NCBI GenBank assembly: GCA_964016885.1
Contig: OZ024749.1
Span: forward strand, 56,420,001 to 56,484,000
Direction: 5' to 3'
Length of the DNA stretch: 64,000 nucleotides
Source of the DNA: Eledone cirrhosa
Taxonomy: Eukaryota
The notes under the pieces are model-generated. The model was given only the letters and a program-made list of their open reading frames with translations, was not told where the DNA came from and searched no databases. The position numbers and the translations under genes are program-made. This document shows, piece by piece, positions 43,955 to 56,779 of the stretch. Position 1 is the first letter of the stretch. The number at the start of each line of letters is the position of its first letter.

Positions 43955-44322
43955 AGTGGATTGACAGAATCATTCGAGCATCAGAGAAAATGCATCGCAG
44001 CATTTAGTTATGACTTTATTTTCTGAGTTCAAATCTTATCAAGGAAAACTTTGCCTTTCATCCATCCAGGGTCGTTATAAAGTAAAGTACCAGTCATAAA
44101 CTGGGATCAATGTAATTTACTTCCCCTTCCCACAAATTGTAGGCCCAGTGTCTAAATTAGAAATCATTATTTAGCCTTTGGTAAAGAGTTACGGCCCTTT
44201 ATGGTCTGAGTTTAAATTCCGCCGAGGTTAACTTTGCCTTTCATCCTTACGGAGTCGATAAAATAAAGTACCAGTAATACACTGGGTAATTGCTGGCCTT
44301 GTGCCAGAAGTAGATACAATTA
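43955..44322 (+). mobile_element. Two tandem SINE family 1 copies
   Basis: Diverged copy at ~43955-44170, then a younger 5'-truncated copy at ~44181-44322. Confidence 0.8.
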
Positions 44323-44384
44323 TTTAGCCTTTGATATTCGGGACATAACTATCCCAACTATTTCTTCTTTTTTTTGCAGAATTG

Positions 44385-45340
44385 TAGTACTGGCATAGTA
44401 GTGTAGTGGTGGTAGTGTAGTGGTGGTGGTGTAGTGGTGGTGGTGTAGTGGTGGTGGTGTAGTGGTGGTAGTGTAGTGGTGGTAGTGTAGTGGTGGTAGT
44501 GTAGTGGTGGTAGTGTAGTGGTGGTAGTGTAGTGGTGGTAGTGTAGTGGTGGTAGTGTAGTGGTGGTGGTGTAGTGGTGGTGGTGTAGTGGTGGTGGTGT
44601 AGTGGTGGTAGTGCAGTGGCATAGTAGTGTAATAGCATAGTAGTGTAGTGGTAGTAGTGTAGTGGTGGTGGTGTAGTGGCATAGTAGTGTAGTGGTGGTA
44701 GTGTAGTGGTGGTAGTGTAGTGGTGGTAGTGTCGTGGTGGTAGTGTAGTGGCATAGTAGTGTAGTGGTGGTGGTGTAGTGGCATAGTAGTGTAGTGGCAT
44801 AGTAGTGTAGTGGCATAGTAGTGTAGTGGTGGTAGTGTAGTGGCATAGTAGTGTAGTGGTGGTAGTGTAGTGGTGGTGGTGGTGTAGTGGCATAGTAGTG
44901 TAGTGGCATAGTAGTGTAGTGGTGGTAGTGTAGTGGCATAGTAGTGTAGTGGTGGTGGTGTAGTGGCATAGTAGTGTGTTGGTAGTAGTGTAGTGGCATA
45001 GTAGTGTAGTGGTGGTAATGTAGTGGCATAGTAGTGTAGTGGTGGTAGTGTAGTGGTGGTAATGTAGTGGCATAGTAGTGTAGTGGTGGTAGTGTAGTGG
45101 TGGTGGCTGTAGTGGTGGTAGTGTAGTGGCATAGTAGTGTAGTGGTGGTGGTGTAGTGGCATAGTAGTATAGTGGTGGTAGTGTAGTGGTGGTAGTGTAG
45201 TGGCATAGTAGTGTAGTGGTGGTAGTGTAGTGGTGGTAATGTAGCGGCATAGTAATGTAGTGGCATAGTAGTGTAGTGGTGGTAGTGTAGTGGTGGTGGC
45301 TGTAGTGGTGGTAGTGTAGTGGTGGTGGCTGTAGTGGTGG
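44385..45340. repeat. 12/15-bp compound minisatellite
   Basis: Units gtgtagtggtggta / gtgtagtggcatagta. Confidence 0.92.
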
Positions 45341-45951
45341 TATATGATGGTGTGGATAACTGGTAACGACAACAATCTCAGACACAGAGTGTTTAGTGTT
45401 CAAAATAAAACTCAACAACAACAACAGTGACAACAATAATGACAATAAGACAACAATGATAACAACAACAATGAAAACAAACAACATCAACATCAATGAC
45501 AACATCAATGACAACAGTAACAACAATGACAACAACAATAATAACAATGACAACAACAATAAACTTGATAATACATGATTTATATAGAATTCGTTCCAGT
45601 TCAATTTACACCATTTTAAAAAAATTATTTATTTATTTATTATTATTTTGTTTTTTAAATTATTTTTTTTTTTGAAAATGTGGTTTTGACACGTTTAAAT
45701 TGTGTGCAAAGTTGGTGGGTTTATCAGTGGCAATGTAGCAATTAGCAAATGTTGATAGGTGGAGGTAAAGGCATTTGAGAAAATGTCAGGCAGATGAAAA
45801 TAATGAGATTTCTATTGAAACCAAACAAGAATTGATCCAATCCCTCCTCTATTGAACTGGCTTAAAAGAGTTTAAAATAGAGATTTATTGTGAGAAAAGT
45901 AGAAGAAAGAGAAGAGAAATGTGTCATAGCTAATAAGGGGAGATTGGGGGA

Positions 45952-45997
<46 letters not shown>

Positions 45998-46552
45998 AAA
46001 GAGAGATGGGGACGGAGAGGTGAGAGATAGAGAGATGGGAACGGAGTGAGAAGGAGAGAGATGATAGGGAGGGACGGAGAGAGAGATGGACGGGGGGAGA
46101 GAGAGAGATGAGAAAAAGAGAGGGGTGGAGATGAGAGGGGGCTGGAGAGAAAGGGGGATGAGAGAGAGATATGAGGGAGAAAGAGATAGATATGAGGGAG
46201 AGAGTTATGAGGGAAAGAAAGAGAGAGATATGAGGGAGAGAAAGAGAGGTATGAGGGAGAGAGTTATGAGGGAGAAAGAGAGAGAGAGATGGATGACAGA
46301 GAGAAATATACAACAGCTTTGCGATGACCAATACCTTGTTAGTAAAATTTAGTAGATAGAGACTGTGTGGGAAGCCCAACAGAGGCAAGTGGGGGATCTG
46401 ATAGATCAGTTGATATGATGGGCTTACAAGTAGTTTCCATCCACCAAATTATCCTCCTGAGGATATGGTAAAGGAGGCTTGCCTGAGGTTCAACACAACA
46501 CTGGGATTGAACCCAGGACAGAATGAGTGTGAAGTGAAGTTCTAAATAGTTT

Positions 46553-46603
46553 CATACACATATGCATATATATATATATATATATACATACATACATGCA
46601 TGT

Positions 46604-46634
<31 letters not shown>

Positions 46635-47400
46635 CATATGCACTCATACATACACATATGCATATATATATATATATACATACATACATGCATGTATACA
46701 TACATATACATACATATATATATACATATGCACTCATACATACACATATGCATATATATATATATATATATATACATGCATGTATACATACATATACATA
46801 TATATATATATACATATGCACTCATACATACACATATGCATATATATATATATACATACATGCATGTATACATACCATACATATACATATATATATATAT
46901 ACATATGCACTCATACATACACATATGCATATATATATATATATATACATACATACATGCATGTATACATATACATATATATATATATATACATATGCAC
47001 TCATACATACACATATGCATATATATATATACATACATACATGCATGTATACATACATATACATATATATATATATACATATGCACTCATACATACACAT
47101 ATGCATATATATATATATACATACATACATGTATACATACATATACATATATATATATATATATGCACTCATACATACACATATGCATACATATATATAT
47201 ATATATATACATATATGCATGTATACATACATATACATACATATATATACATGCACTCATACATACACATATGCATACATATATATATATATATATACAT
47301 ATATGCATGTATACATACATATACATACATATATATACATGCACTCATACATACACATAAATATATATAAATATACACACATGCACACATACATACATAA
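46553..47400. repeat. (TA)n-based ~60-65-bp minisatellite
   Basis: Recurring atgcactcatacatacacatatgcat and catgcatgtatac anchors. Confidence 0.88.
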
Positions 47401-48063
47401 GCACGCGCATACATAAAGGGGAACATGTACTGTAGCATCTAGAGTACAGCAAGTGCATTGAAAACCCTTCCACAGCCCCTCAACACACACACACACATAT
47501 ACATAGGTACATACACAAACACATATACACAGGCACATACACACACACACATATATACACACACATATACACATATACATACTCACTCATACACACACAC
47601 ATACGCACACATATACACACACATACACACACACACACACATACACACAGGCACATACACACGTGTGCAATTCCATGGCACTGTTTCATGAGAGAGGGGG
47701 TCACTATTCAGCTCCTCCCACTCCCCCTCCCCTCTTTCCCCTCTCTCACAAAAGAGAAAGCAACCTGCAATTTAGCTGGCTTCCTGTGTAATAACAAATG
47801 GGACTTTTATTTCAACAGTAGTAAGGGTTAGGGGTTAGTTTCTTGTTGTTACTGTTGATGTTGATGATAATTGTGATTATAATGATATGGTGGTGGTTGT
47901 GGTGGTAGTGGTGGTGATAACGGCGGTAATGATGATGATAACGGTGATGATGGTGGTGATGGTGGTGATGATGGTGATGATGGTGGTGGTGGTAGTGGTG
48001 GTGATGTCATCATTGGAGAATATACTGAAAATAGAAATATCACAGAGCCAAATGCTAAGGATA

Positions 48064-48098
<35 letters not shown>

Positions 48099-48105
<7 letters not shown>

Positions 48106-48343
48106 AAAAAAAGATGAAATCGAAAATGAAACTGGAGTCTTATTTTTAAAAATATATATATATTCATTTGGTCTGCGGTTTTTCTCACATCCAGATGTGA
48201 GAAAAACCACAGCCCCTCCATCTCAACTCTACTTTTGAAAAGCAGAAGAACTGCGAAACCGGTAAAGGAACCAAATAAATAAATATATATTTTTAAAAAT
48301 AAGACTCCAGTTGCATTTTCGATTTCATCTTTTTTTCTTTATA
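48099..48343. mobile_element. Fold-back element, probably derived from a Penelope-like pLTR
   Basis: 74-nt inverted arms (48099-48172 and 48270-48343, about 3 mismatches) enclose an inner hairpin (48173-48212) and the hammerhead motif. Confidence 0.6.
48232..48267 (+). ncRNA. Minimal type-I hammerhead ribozyme motif (U3-A8 variant)
   Basis: ctt-TTGAAAA-gcag[aagaa]ctgc-GAA-ACCGGT-A^aag: 3-bp stem I, 4-bp stem II closed by G-C, palindromic stem III, GUA triplet. Predicted cut at 48264/48265. Confidence 0.7.
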
Positions 48344-48413
48344 CTTTCACTCGTGTAGGACACCTCGGTTATTTTTCATTTTGTAAAAAAACCTCACTTT
48401 CTAATATATAAAT

Positions 48414-48530
<117 letters not shown>

Positions 48531-48889
48531 TACTTATGTAAGCAAGTGTGAGTTTGTTTCAGTTTCAATGAAATATTTTCAAACCGAATCACAGAACAGA
48601 AATATAAAACAGTTTTTTTTCTTCTTTACACTATTTATCATCACTATCATCATCATCAACCACCACTATCATCATCATCATCATCCATCACCATCACATC
48701 CATTACCACCATCATTGTATCCATCGCCACCACCATCATCATCATATCCATCATCACTATCATATGATTCACCACCATCATCATTACCATCATCATCATC
48801 ACATCCATCACCACCACTACCATCATCATATCCATCATCACCACCACCACCACCATATCCCTCACCACCATCCTCATTACCATCACCAC

Positions 48890-48924
<35 letters not shown>

Positions 48925-49249
48925 CCGCCACCACCATCATCATCATCACCATCAACATATCCATTACCACCATTATCATCACCATCATCACCATCACCAT
49001 CATTGTTGTCACTGTTGCTATTATTATTATTATTAAATGTGAAAAAATATATTTCAAACCTCAAAATAGAAATATTTTGTTTTGTCTTTGGTGTTTTTTT
49101 TTTAAAGAAATAAATTCTGCAATTTGATATTTCTAAATAAGTTTAAAACAGATGTCTAATTCCCTGTTTAACACCGAAACATCTCTCAAGTTTTTTACAT
49201 TTCAGAACTCTATCTTTGGTCATATATTCAGCAGACACACATACATATA

Positions 49250-49422
49250 TCATCATCATCATCATTTCATTTTACGTCCACTTTTTCCCTGCTTGCAAGG
49301 GTCGGACGGGAACTGATGCTGGCTTGATTTCTACAGCGGGATGCCCTTCCTAACACCCAAACTCATTTACAGTGAGTGCTGGGTGCTTTTTTGCCGTGGC
49401 ACCTCCACGACCACTTTGCAGT
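49250..49422 (-). mobile_element. RTE-tail SINE-like element
   Basis: Body is shared with the 9510 copy. The tail acccttgcaagcagggaaaaagtggacgtaaaatg matches the LINE tail at ~14790-14835. Confidence 0.75.
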
Positions 49423-49454
49423 GGAATGATATGGACCCCAGTCCCTATCATCTA

Positions 49455-49595
49455 ATTTCTACAGCTGAGTAAACTGGAGCAACATGAAATAAAGTGTCTT
49501 GCTCAAGGAAATAACACATCACCCAGTCTGAGAATTGAACTCACAACCTTTCGATTGCAAGGCCAATGCTCTAACCACTAAGCCATGTGCCTCCA
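49455..49595 (-). mobile_element. tRNA-headed SINE family 2 (also ~10030-10260 +, ~56388-56488 -, ~59937-60125 +)
   Basis: Minus strand has A-box tggcttagtgg, B-box gagttcaattc, then ccttgagcaagacactttatttcatgttgctccagt. Segments are shared with the listed copies. Confidence 0.75.
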
Positions 49596-49645
49596 TATAT
49601 ATATTTATATACACACAAAAATACATACAAATACATAAATACATA

Positions 49646-50702
49646 TCATCATCATCATCATCATCGTCGTTTAACGTCCGTGTTCCACGCTTGCATGGGT
49701 TTGGACGGGGGTAGTCCCACTTGAGGCAAGAGTGATTGTCTTGCTCGCATAGGACTGTCTGGCAGGTTTTCTACAGTTGGATGCCCTTCCTAACACCAAC
49801 CACATTTACAGTGTGGGTCTGGGAGGTTTTTACCGTGTTGCCTACACGGCCACATTACAGCGTGGACTGTGTGTTTTTTTGTCGTGACACCTACACGATC
49901 TCATTTGTTTCGGCCTGGATGGCGCGGCACCAACATAACTTTACATAGAACGGGGTGGTGTGGATGGGGGGGGGGGGGGTATTTTGTTAGAGATGCCTAC
50001 TGGCTGGAGTAGGTTTTACTATATATATTTAGGTAAGGCGGATCTTCTCTGTTACTGAGTACCGCCAAAGGTCTCGGTCCAGTGACATTGTCTTGGAGAG
50101 GTGTAAGTGTGTGATGTCGGAGTTTATCAGCTCGTCCCAGGTTTTTCTAGGTCTGCCTATTCCGTGACTACCATCTATCTTTATTGCCCTGCACTTTGTT
50201 ATACAGCTATCGACTTTCATGCGCATCACGTGTCCATACCAACGTAGCCTTCTCTCGAGTAAACAACATCTGATCCCTCTTATCTCTAATTTTTTCCTTA
50301 GTTCGTTTCTGCTTTGCTGTTCACGTATATTACTGTTACACATCCAGCGGAGCATGCAAGCTTCGTTCCTCTCTAGTCTGCGTATATCCTCTGCACACAA
50401 TGCCCAGGTCTCACTGCCATGCAACATTGCTGTTCGTATGCAGGCATCGTACAACCTGCCTTTCATTTTTAGGGAGAACCCTTTAGCAGCTAATAGTGGT
50501 ATAAGCTCTCTGAACTTTTTCCAACCAGTTCTGACTCTAGCTACAGTACTTTCAGAGCACCCTCCCCCACTGCTGATTTTATCGCCCAGGTAACGGAAGC
50601 TGTCCACTATTTCTATAGAACCCTCTGCGCAATTGAAAGAGCTAGTATTTTGTGGGCACTTGCTGCTACTTATTGCACCAGAACACCGGCCACATGTAAA
50701 AT
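49646..50702 (-). mobile_element. 5'-truncated RTE-clade LINE (ORF C-terminus, ~380-nt 3' region, (GAT)n tail)
   Basis: Uninterrupted ORF 50029-~50700 with [42 protein letters not shown] and GRPRKTWDE, typical of RTE RT thumb/C-terminus. The 3' end is ggacgttaaacgacgatgatgat. Similar AT-rich sequence (catacaaatacataaatacatat) occurs on both flanks. Confidence 0.9.
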
Positions 50703-50752
50703 CTATATATATATATATATATATATACACATAAATTCATACAAATACATAA

Positions 50753-50799
<47 letters not shown>

Positions 50800-50827
50800 A
50801 ATACAAACAAATACATAAATACACATA

Positions 50828-50865
<38 letters not shown>

Positions 50866-51056
50866 GGTTTGAAGGTTCACCACTGGATAGAGCTGGTCAT
50901 TCCGTATGGCCAATCTTGATGTAATAATATGAAGAGTACTCAACGTAAAGCAGCTCAACCGTCTTCGTTTGTGTAGTTGGTGGTGCGAGTACGGAGTTAA
51001 ATATTATAATAAAATAACAGGAGGGTGGACTTGTGTAAATCCTTGAAAGGTTTATT

Positions 51057-51114
51057 ATACTATGATCATTTCAATGACCGGGTTCCGTATGAATCCGGTG
51101 ATATCATCAGGTGT
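51057..51114 (-). ncRNA. Minimal type-I hammerhead ribozyme motif
   Basis: Minus strand reads acac-CTGATGA-[31-nt stem II, 10 of 13 positions paired]-GAA-ATGATCAT-A^gtat: palindromic stem III, AUA triplet, AATAAA just downstream. Confidence 0.6.
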
Positions 51115-51303
51115 TCAAAATATAATAAATGAATGTAACAGATAAAATCCATTGGGCTGAAAATCATAGACCCAAGGACGACCGACCATCCAGCATCTTC
51201 CACTTTAGCCGGTCGCCCTCTATGATTTTCAGCCCCATGGATTTTATCTGTTACATTCATTTATTATATTTCGAATACCTGATGATATCACCAGATTCAT
51301 ACG
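51086..51303. repeat. Long inverted repeat overlapping the hammerhead motif
   Basis: 85-nt arms (51086-51170 and 51219-51303) with few mismatches. The 48-nt spacer contains cgaccg/cggtcg. It explains the two mirror-image ORFs in the track. Confidence 0.9.
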
Positions 51304-51459
51304 CTTTTGTATATTAAACATTTATACTGTGCGATGTATTGAGTACCTTACTTACTGTGGTTACCCCTGATTGAACCCGGGATAACTTACATATATATAT
51401 ATATAAGTAAGTAAGGTACTCAATATATAGCAGAGTATAAATGTTTAATATAGAAAAGC
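51303..51459. repeat. Second inverted repeat abutting the first
   Basis: gcttttgtatattaaacatttatactgtgcgatgtattgagtaccttacttact pairs with agtaagtaaggtactcaatatatagcagagtataaatgtttaatatagaaaagc. Arms are about 53 nt with about 4 mismatches. Confidence 0.85.
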
Positions 51460-51462
51460 TTC

Positions 51463-51493
<31 letters not shown>

Positions 51494-51657
51494 TGTACAT
51501 ACATATACACATATATTCATAAATATATATATATATATATATACACACATAAATACATACATACGTATATATTATATATATATATATATACACATAAATA
51601 CATACATACGTATATATAATATATATATATATATATACACATAAATACGTACATATG

Positions 51658-51734
<77 letters not shown>

Positions 51735-51835
51735 CAAATATATATACGCATATGTTCATAAATACATATATACACACACATACATGTATATATATCTATC
51801 TATATATATATACATATATATATGTATATATATAC

Positions 51836-51942
<107 letters not shown>

Positions 51943-52007
51943 CATATATATATATACATATATATATATACATATATATATATACATATACATATATATA
52001 TATATAA

Positions 52008-52056
<49 letters not shown>

Positions 52057-52533
52057 AGTGCAGCAGACTTAAAATGAAACTTGGAAGAAATGATTTTTAA
52101 AAGCATTCAAGCAATTTATATTGTTTTTTGAAAGCAATTTTTAAAAGTGGTTGTAGTAATATTGTGAACGATGGTGGGGAAAGGTGATGACTGGTGGTGG
52201 TGGTGTCGGTGGTGGGGTGGGGGTGATGGTGGGGAGGGGGGGGGGGGGGTAATGGTGGTGTTGGTGGTGTTAGTAGTAGTGGTGGTGGTGGTTTAAACCG
52301 TTTATTTTTTCCTTTTCTTTTTCTTCTTAAATCCAACGCTACCACAGCACCACTACAACACCAACACCACCACCATTACACCACCACCACCACTACACCA
52401 TCATATTCACATTTCTCTATCACACCTTAACAAATTATTATTGACGCTAGATTTTGAAACATTAACACAGTGAAACATTTCTGAAAAACACAAACACAAA
52501 AAAATATACATATATACACACACACATACACAC

Positions 52534-52564
<31 letters not shown>

Positions 52565-53282
52565 CACATACATATACACACACACATATATACACACATA
52601 TATACATACACATACATATACACACACACACACATATATACACACATACACACACACACATATACATACACACATACACACATATATACACACATACATA
52701 TACACACACACATACACACATATATACACACATATATACACACATACATACATATACACACACATACACACATATATACACACATACACACATACATATA
52801 CATACACACATATACACACATACAGACATATACACACACACATACATATACACACACACATACACACATATATACACACATACACACATATATACACATA
52901 CACACACATACATATACATACACACATACACACAATGGGGTAAAAAAAAACACAATATTCTATGCTCAATTTAAAAACAGAGTGCAGTAAAAGTAAAAAT
53001 ATATAAAACTGACGTAAATGTAAGTCAAATATACGTATATCCTTCAAATATTACAAATGGGGCAACAAACTGCATTTTTTCTTCGTCATTTTTTTTTTTG
53101 TAATTTTTCCTGTTTATTGTTTGTTTGTTTGTTTTTATAGAATGTAAAAATGTTGGTAAAACATTTATTTTAAGAAGAAAAAGAAAATAAATGTAACTTT
53201 TATAACCCCACCCCATTTCACACCCCGCAAAATATGATGATGGAAGTGGAGGCAGTTTTTATCAAGTTCTGATAATATTGTG

Positions 53283-53343
<61 letters not shown>

Positions 53344-53360
53344 CACATGTATATATATAT

Positions 53361-53392
<32 letters not shown>

Positions 53393-53426
53393 AAATGTAT
53401 ATATATATATAAATGTATATTTATAT

Positions 53427-53491
<65 letters not shown>

Positions 53492-53816
53492 GTATATATA
53501 TATCATTATCATCATCATATATATATGTAAAGAAAAAAAGAAAAAAAAGACTGTATTAATTTGAAACAAAACGAGGATAAAATAAAGTGTGTGAGAGAAA
53601 ACTTCAAAATTTGTGGTTTTGAATAAATTGAAGTTTTCAGGTGTGTGGAAGGGAATCAGGTGAAATATTTGCTTCAGGTATATAGTTTGAAAGAAATGCT
53701 GTAAGGGAATTATGAAGTGTATGTTAAGAATTTTCCTAATCCAGAATATTAGTACTAAGGTAAATATATATTTTTTTGTGTTCTTATAAATGGACAATAT
53801 ATGTGTGTGTATATAC

Positions 53817-53860
<44 letters not shown>

Positions 53861-53894
53861 GTCTGTGTATATATATAATGATGATGATGATGAT

Positions 53895-54205
53895 CATCAT
53901 CATCGTTTAACGTCCATTTTCCATGCTAGCATGGGTCTGGATGGGAATTGTCCCACTTGAGGCAAGATTGGTTGTCTTGCTCAGGACAGTCTGGCGGGTT
54001 TTCTACGGTTGGATGCCCTTCCTAACACCATCCATGTTTACAGTGTGGACTGGGTGGTTTTTACCGTGTTACCTACACGGCCACATTACAGCGTGGACTG
54101 TGTGTTTTATTGTCGTGACACCTACACGTCTGGCAGGTTTTCTACGGCTGGATGCCCTTCCCAACACCAACCATGCTTACAGTGTGTACTGGGAGGTTTT
54201 TACCG
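53895..54205 (-). mobile_element. RTE-tail element with internal duplication
   Basis: Same family. The segment gtctggc...ttctacgg...gatgcccttcc is present twice. Confidence 0.8.
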
Positions 54206-54220
54206 TATATATATATATAC

Positions 54221-54255
<35 letters not shown>

Positions 54256-54343
54256 CGTGTGTATATATATATATACATGTGTGTTTTGTATGTGTGTGAA
54301 TACATGTGTATATATGTGTCTGTTTGTGAGTGTGTGAGTGTGC

Positions 54344-54382
<39 letters not shown>

Positions 54383-54903
54383 TATACAAAACAACAAATC
54401 TAACACAGTATAATAAAGAAATATATTAGTTTACACCTGATATAGTGTGTATATATATGTGTGTGCGTGTATATATATATATATAGAGGGAGGTGTGTGT
54501 GTGTATATAAATATGTATGTATATATGTGTATATATATATGGAGAGAGGTGTGTGTGTGTATATAAATATGTATGTATATATGTGTATATATATATATAT
54601 ATGGAGAGAGGTGTGTGTGTGTATATAAATATGTATGTATATATGTGTATATATATGGAGGGATGGGAATATTTATGTATATAATGGCATTGAAATGAAA
54701 CTGTCAGCTAATATATTTTGAAATAGGACAATATTTTCTTTCAGGCTCTATTTTGATTTAGTGAAAAGGAGGAGGAGGAGGAGGAGATGGAAGAAGAGAG
54801 GGGGGCAACAAGTGCTGATGACAAAGACAAGGAATGTATTTGATGCCATATTTACTATGATGGAGGGTCATAATCATCATCACCCTCATCTTCATAACTA
54901 TCA

Positions 54904-56168
54904 ACCAACACCACCCATTAAAATACACAAAATATTTCAACACCTATTAAAATATATAAAATGCACCAACACCACCCATTAAAATACACAAAATATTCCA
55001 CATCCATTATAATATATAAAATCCACCAACACCACCCATTAAAATACACAAAATATTTCAACACCTATTAAAATATATAAAATGCACCAACACCACCCAT
55101 TAAAATACACAAAATATTCCACATCCATTATAATATATAAAATCCACCAACACCACCCATTAAAATACACAAAATATTTCAACACCTATTAAAATATATA
55201 AAATGCACCAACACCACCCATTAAAATACACAAAATATTCCACATCCATTATAATATATAAAATGCACCAACACCACCCATTAAAATACACAAAATATTC
55301 CAACATCCATTATAATATATAAAATCCACCAACACCACCCATTAAAATACACAAAATATTCCACATCCATTATAATATATAAAATGCACCAACACCACCC
55401 ATTAAAATACACAAAATATTCCAACATCCATTATAATATATAAAATCCACCAACACCACCCATTAAAATACACAAAATATTCCACATCCATTATAATATA
55501 TAAAATGCACCAACACCACCCATTAAAATACACAAAATATTTCAACACCTATTAAAATATATAAAATGCACCAACACCACCCATTAAAATACACAAAATA
55601 TTCCACATCCATTATAATATATAAAATGCACCAACACCACCCATTAAAATACACAAAATATTCCAACATCCATTATAATATATAAAATCCACCAACACCA
55701 CCCATTAAAATACACAAAATATTTCAGCACCTATTAAAATATATAAAATGCACCAACACCACCCATTAAAATACACAAAATATTCCACATCCATTATAAT
55801 ATATAAAATGCACCAGCACCACCCATTAAAATACACAAAATATTCCAACATCCATTATAATATATAAAATCCACCAACACCACCCATTAAAATACACAAA
55901 ATATTTCAACACCTATTAAAATATAAAAAATGCACCAACACCACCCATTAAAATATACAAAATATGCCGACACTGTCCTTTAAAATATACAAAATATACC
56001 GACACCCATTAAAATGCATAAAACATGCCAACGCCACCCATTAAAATACATGAAATACACCAATGCTGCCCATTAAAATATAGTAAATATAACACATTAC
56101 CTATTAAAATATACAAAACATACTACCACCCTTTAAAATATATAAAATATACCAACACCCATTAAAAT
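54904..56168. repeat. 60/61-bp satellite, about 18 copies plus a degenerate ~30-bp tail
   Basis: Unit ccaacaccacccattaaaatacacaaaatatt followed by one of three variant halves. Confidence 0.95.
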
Positions 56169-56724
56169 AAAAACTCTAATATTGAACCCACATTTATTGC
56201 TGAAGAAAGTTTTTGATTAGTTCAGAGTTACAAGCACATCTTGTTTAGTTAATGTTATGGAATTGATCGACAAGTTCCCAGACCTTACCAAGTTTGGTGG
56301 AATTCATCAAATCTGACCAAGGAAACAATGTTTCTATTGGTCTTTCCATTGCTGATACTATGAACTAGTCGCAACTCCTGGCAGAAAGAGCAACATGAAA
56401 TAAAGCGTCTTGATCAAGCACGTAACACATCACCCAGTCTGGGAATCGAACTCACAACCTCACGATTGCAAATCTAATTCTCTAGCCAGGTAAGAAGTAA
56501 GAAGAGACCTCACAAATTCCTACTACTACAAACTAAAGCCCTGCATAATCTCAACAAGGTAGCAAGCATCTTTTCCAACAGCCAACACTTAAACCATCAA
56601 ACCATCCCTCTCGGGACCTCATTTTGCACCAGGAAAATATCATATTATATACATATACACACACACATCATCATCGTTTAACGTCCGTCTTCCACACTAG
56701 CATGGGTTAGATCGGTTATATTAG

Positions 56725-56779
<55 letters not shown>

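Noticed and set aside
47821-47840. Telomere-like agggttaggggttag
   Set aside because: Only two imperfect units; expected by chance.
50219-50593. 124-aa plus-strand ORF
   Set aside because: It is the antisense shadow of the RTE ORF.
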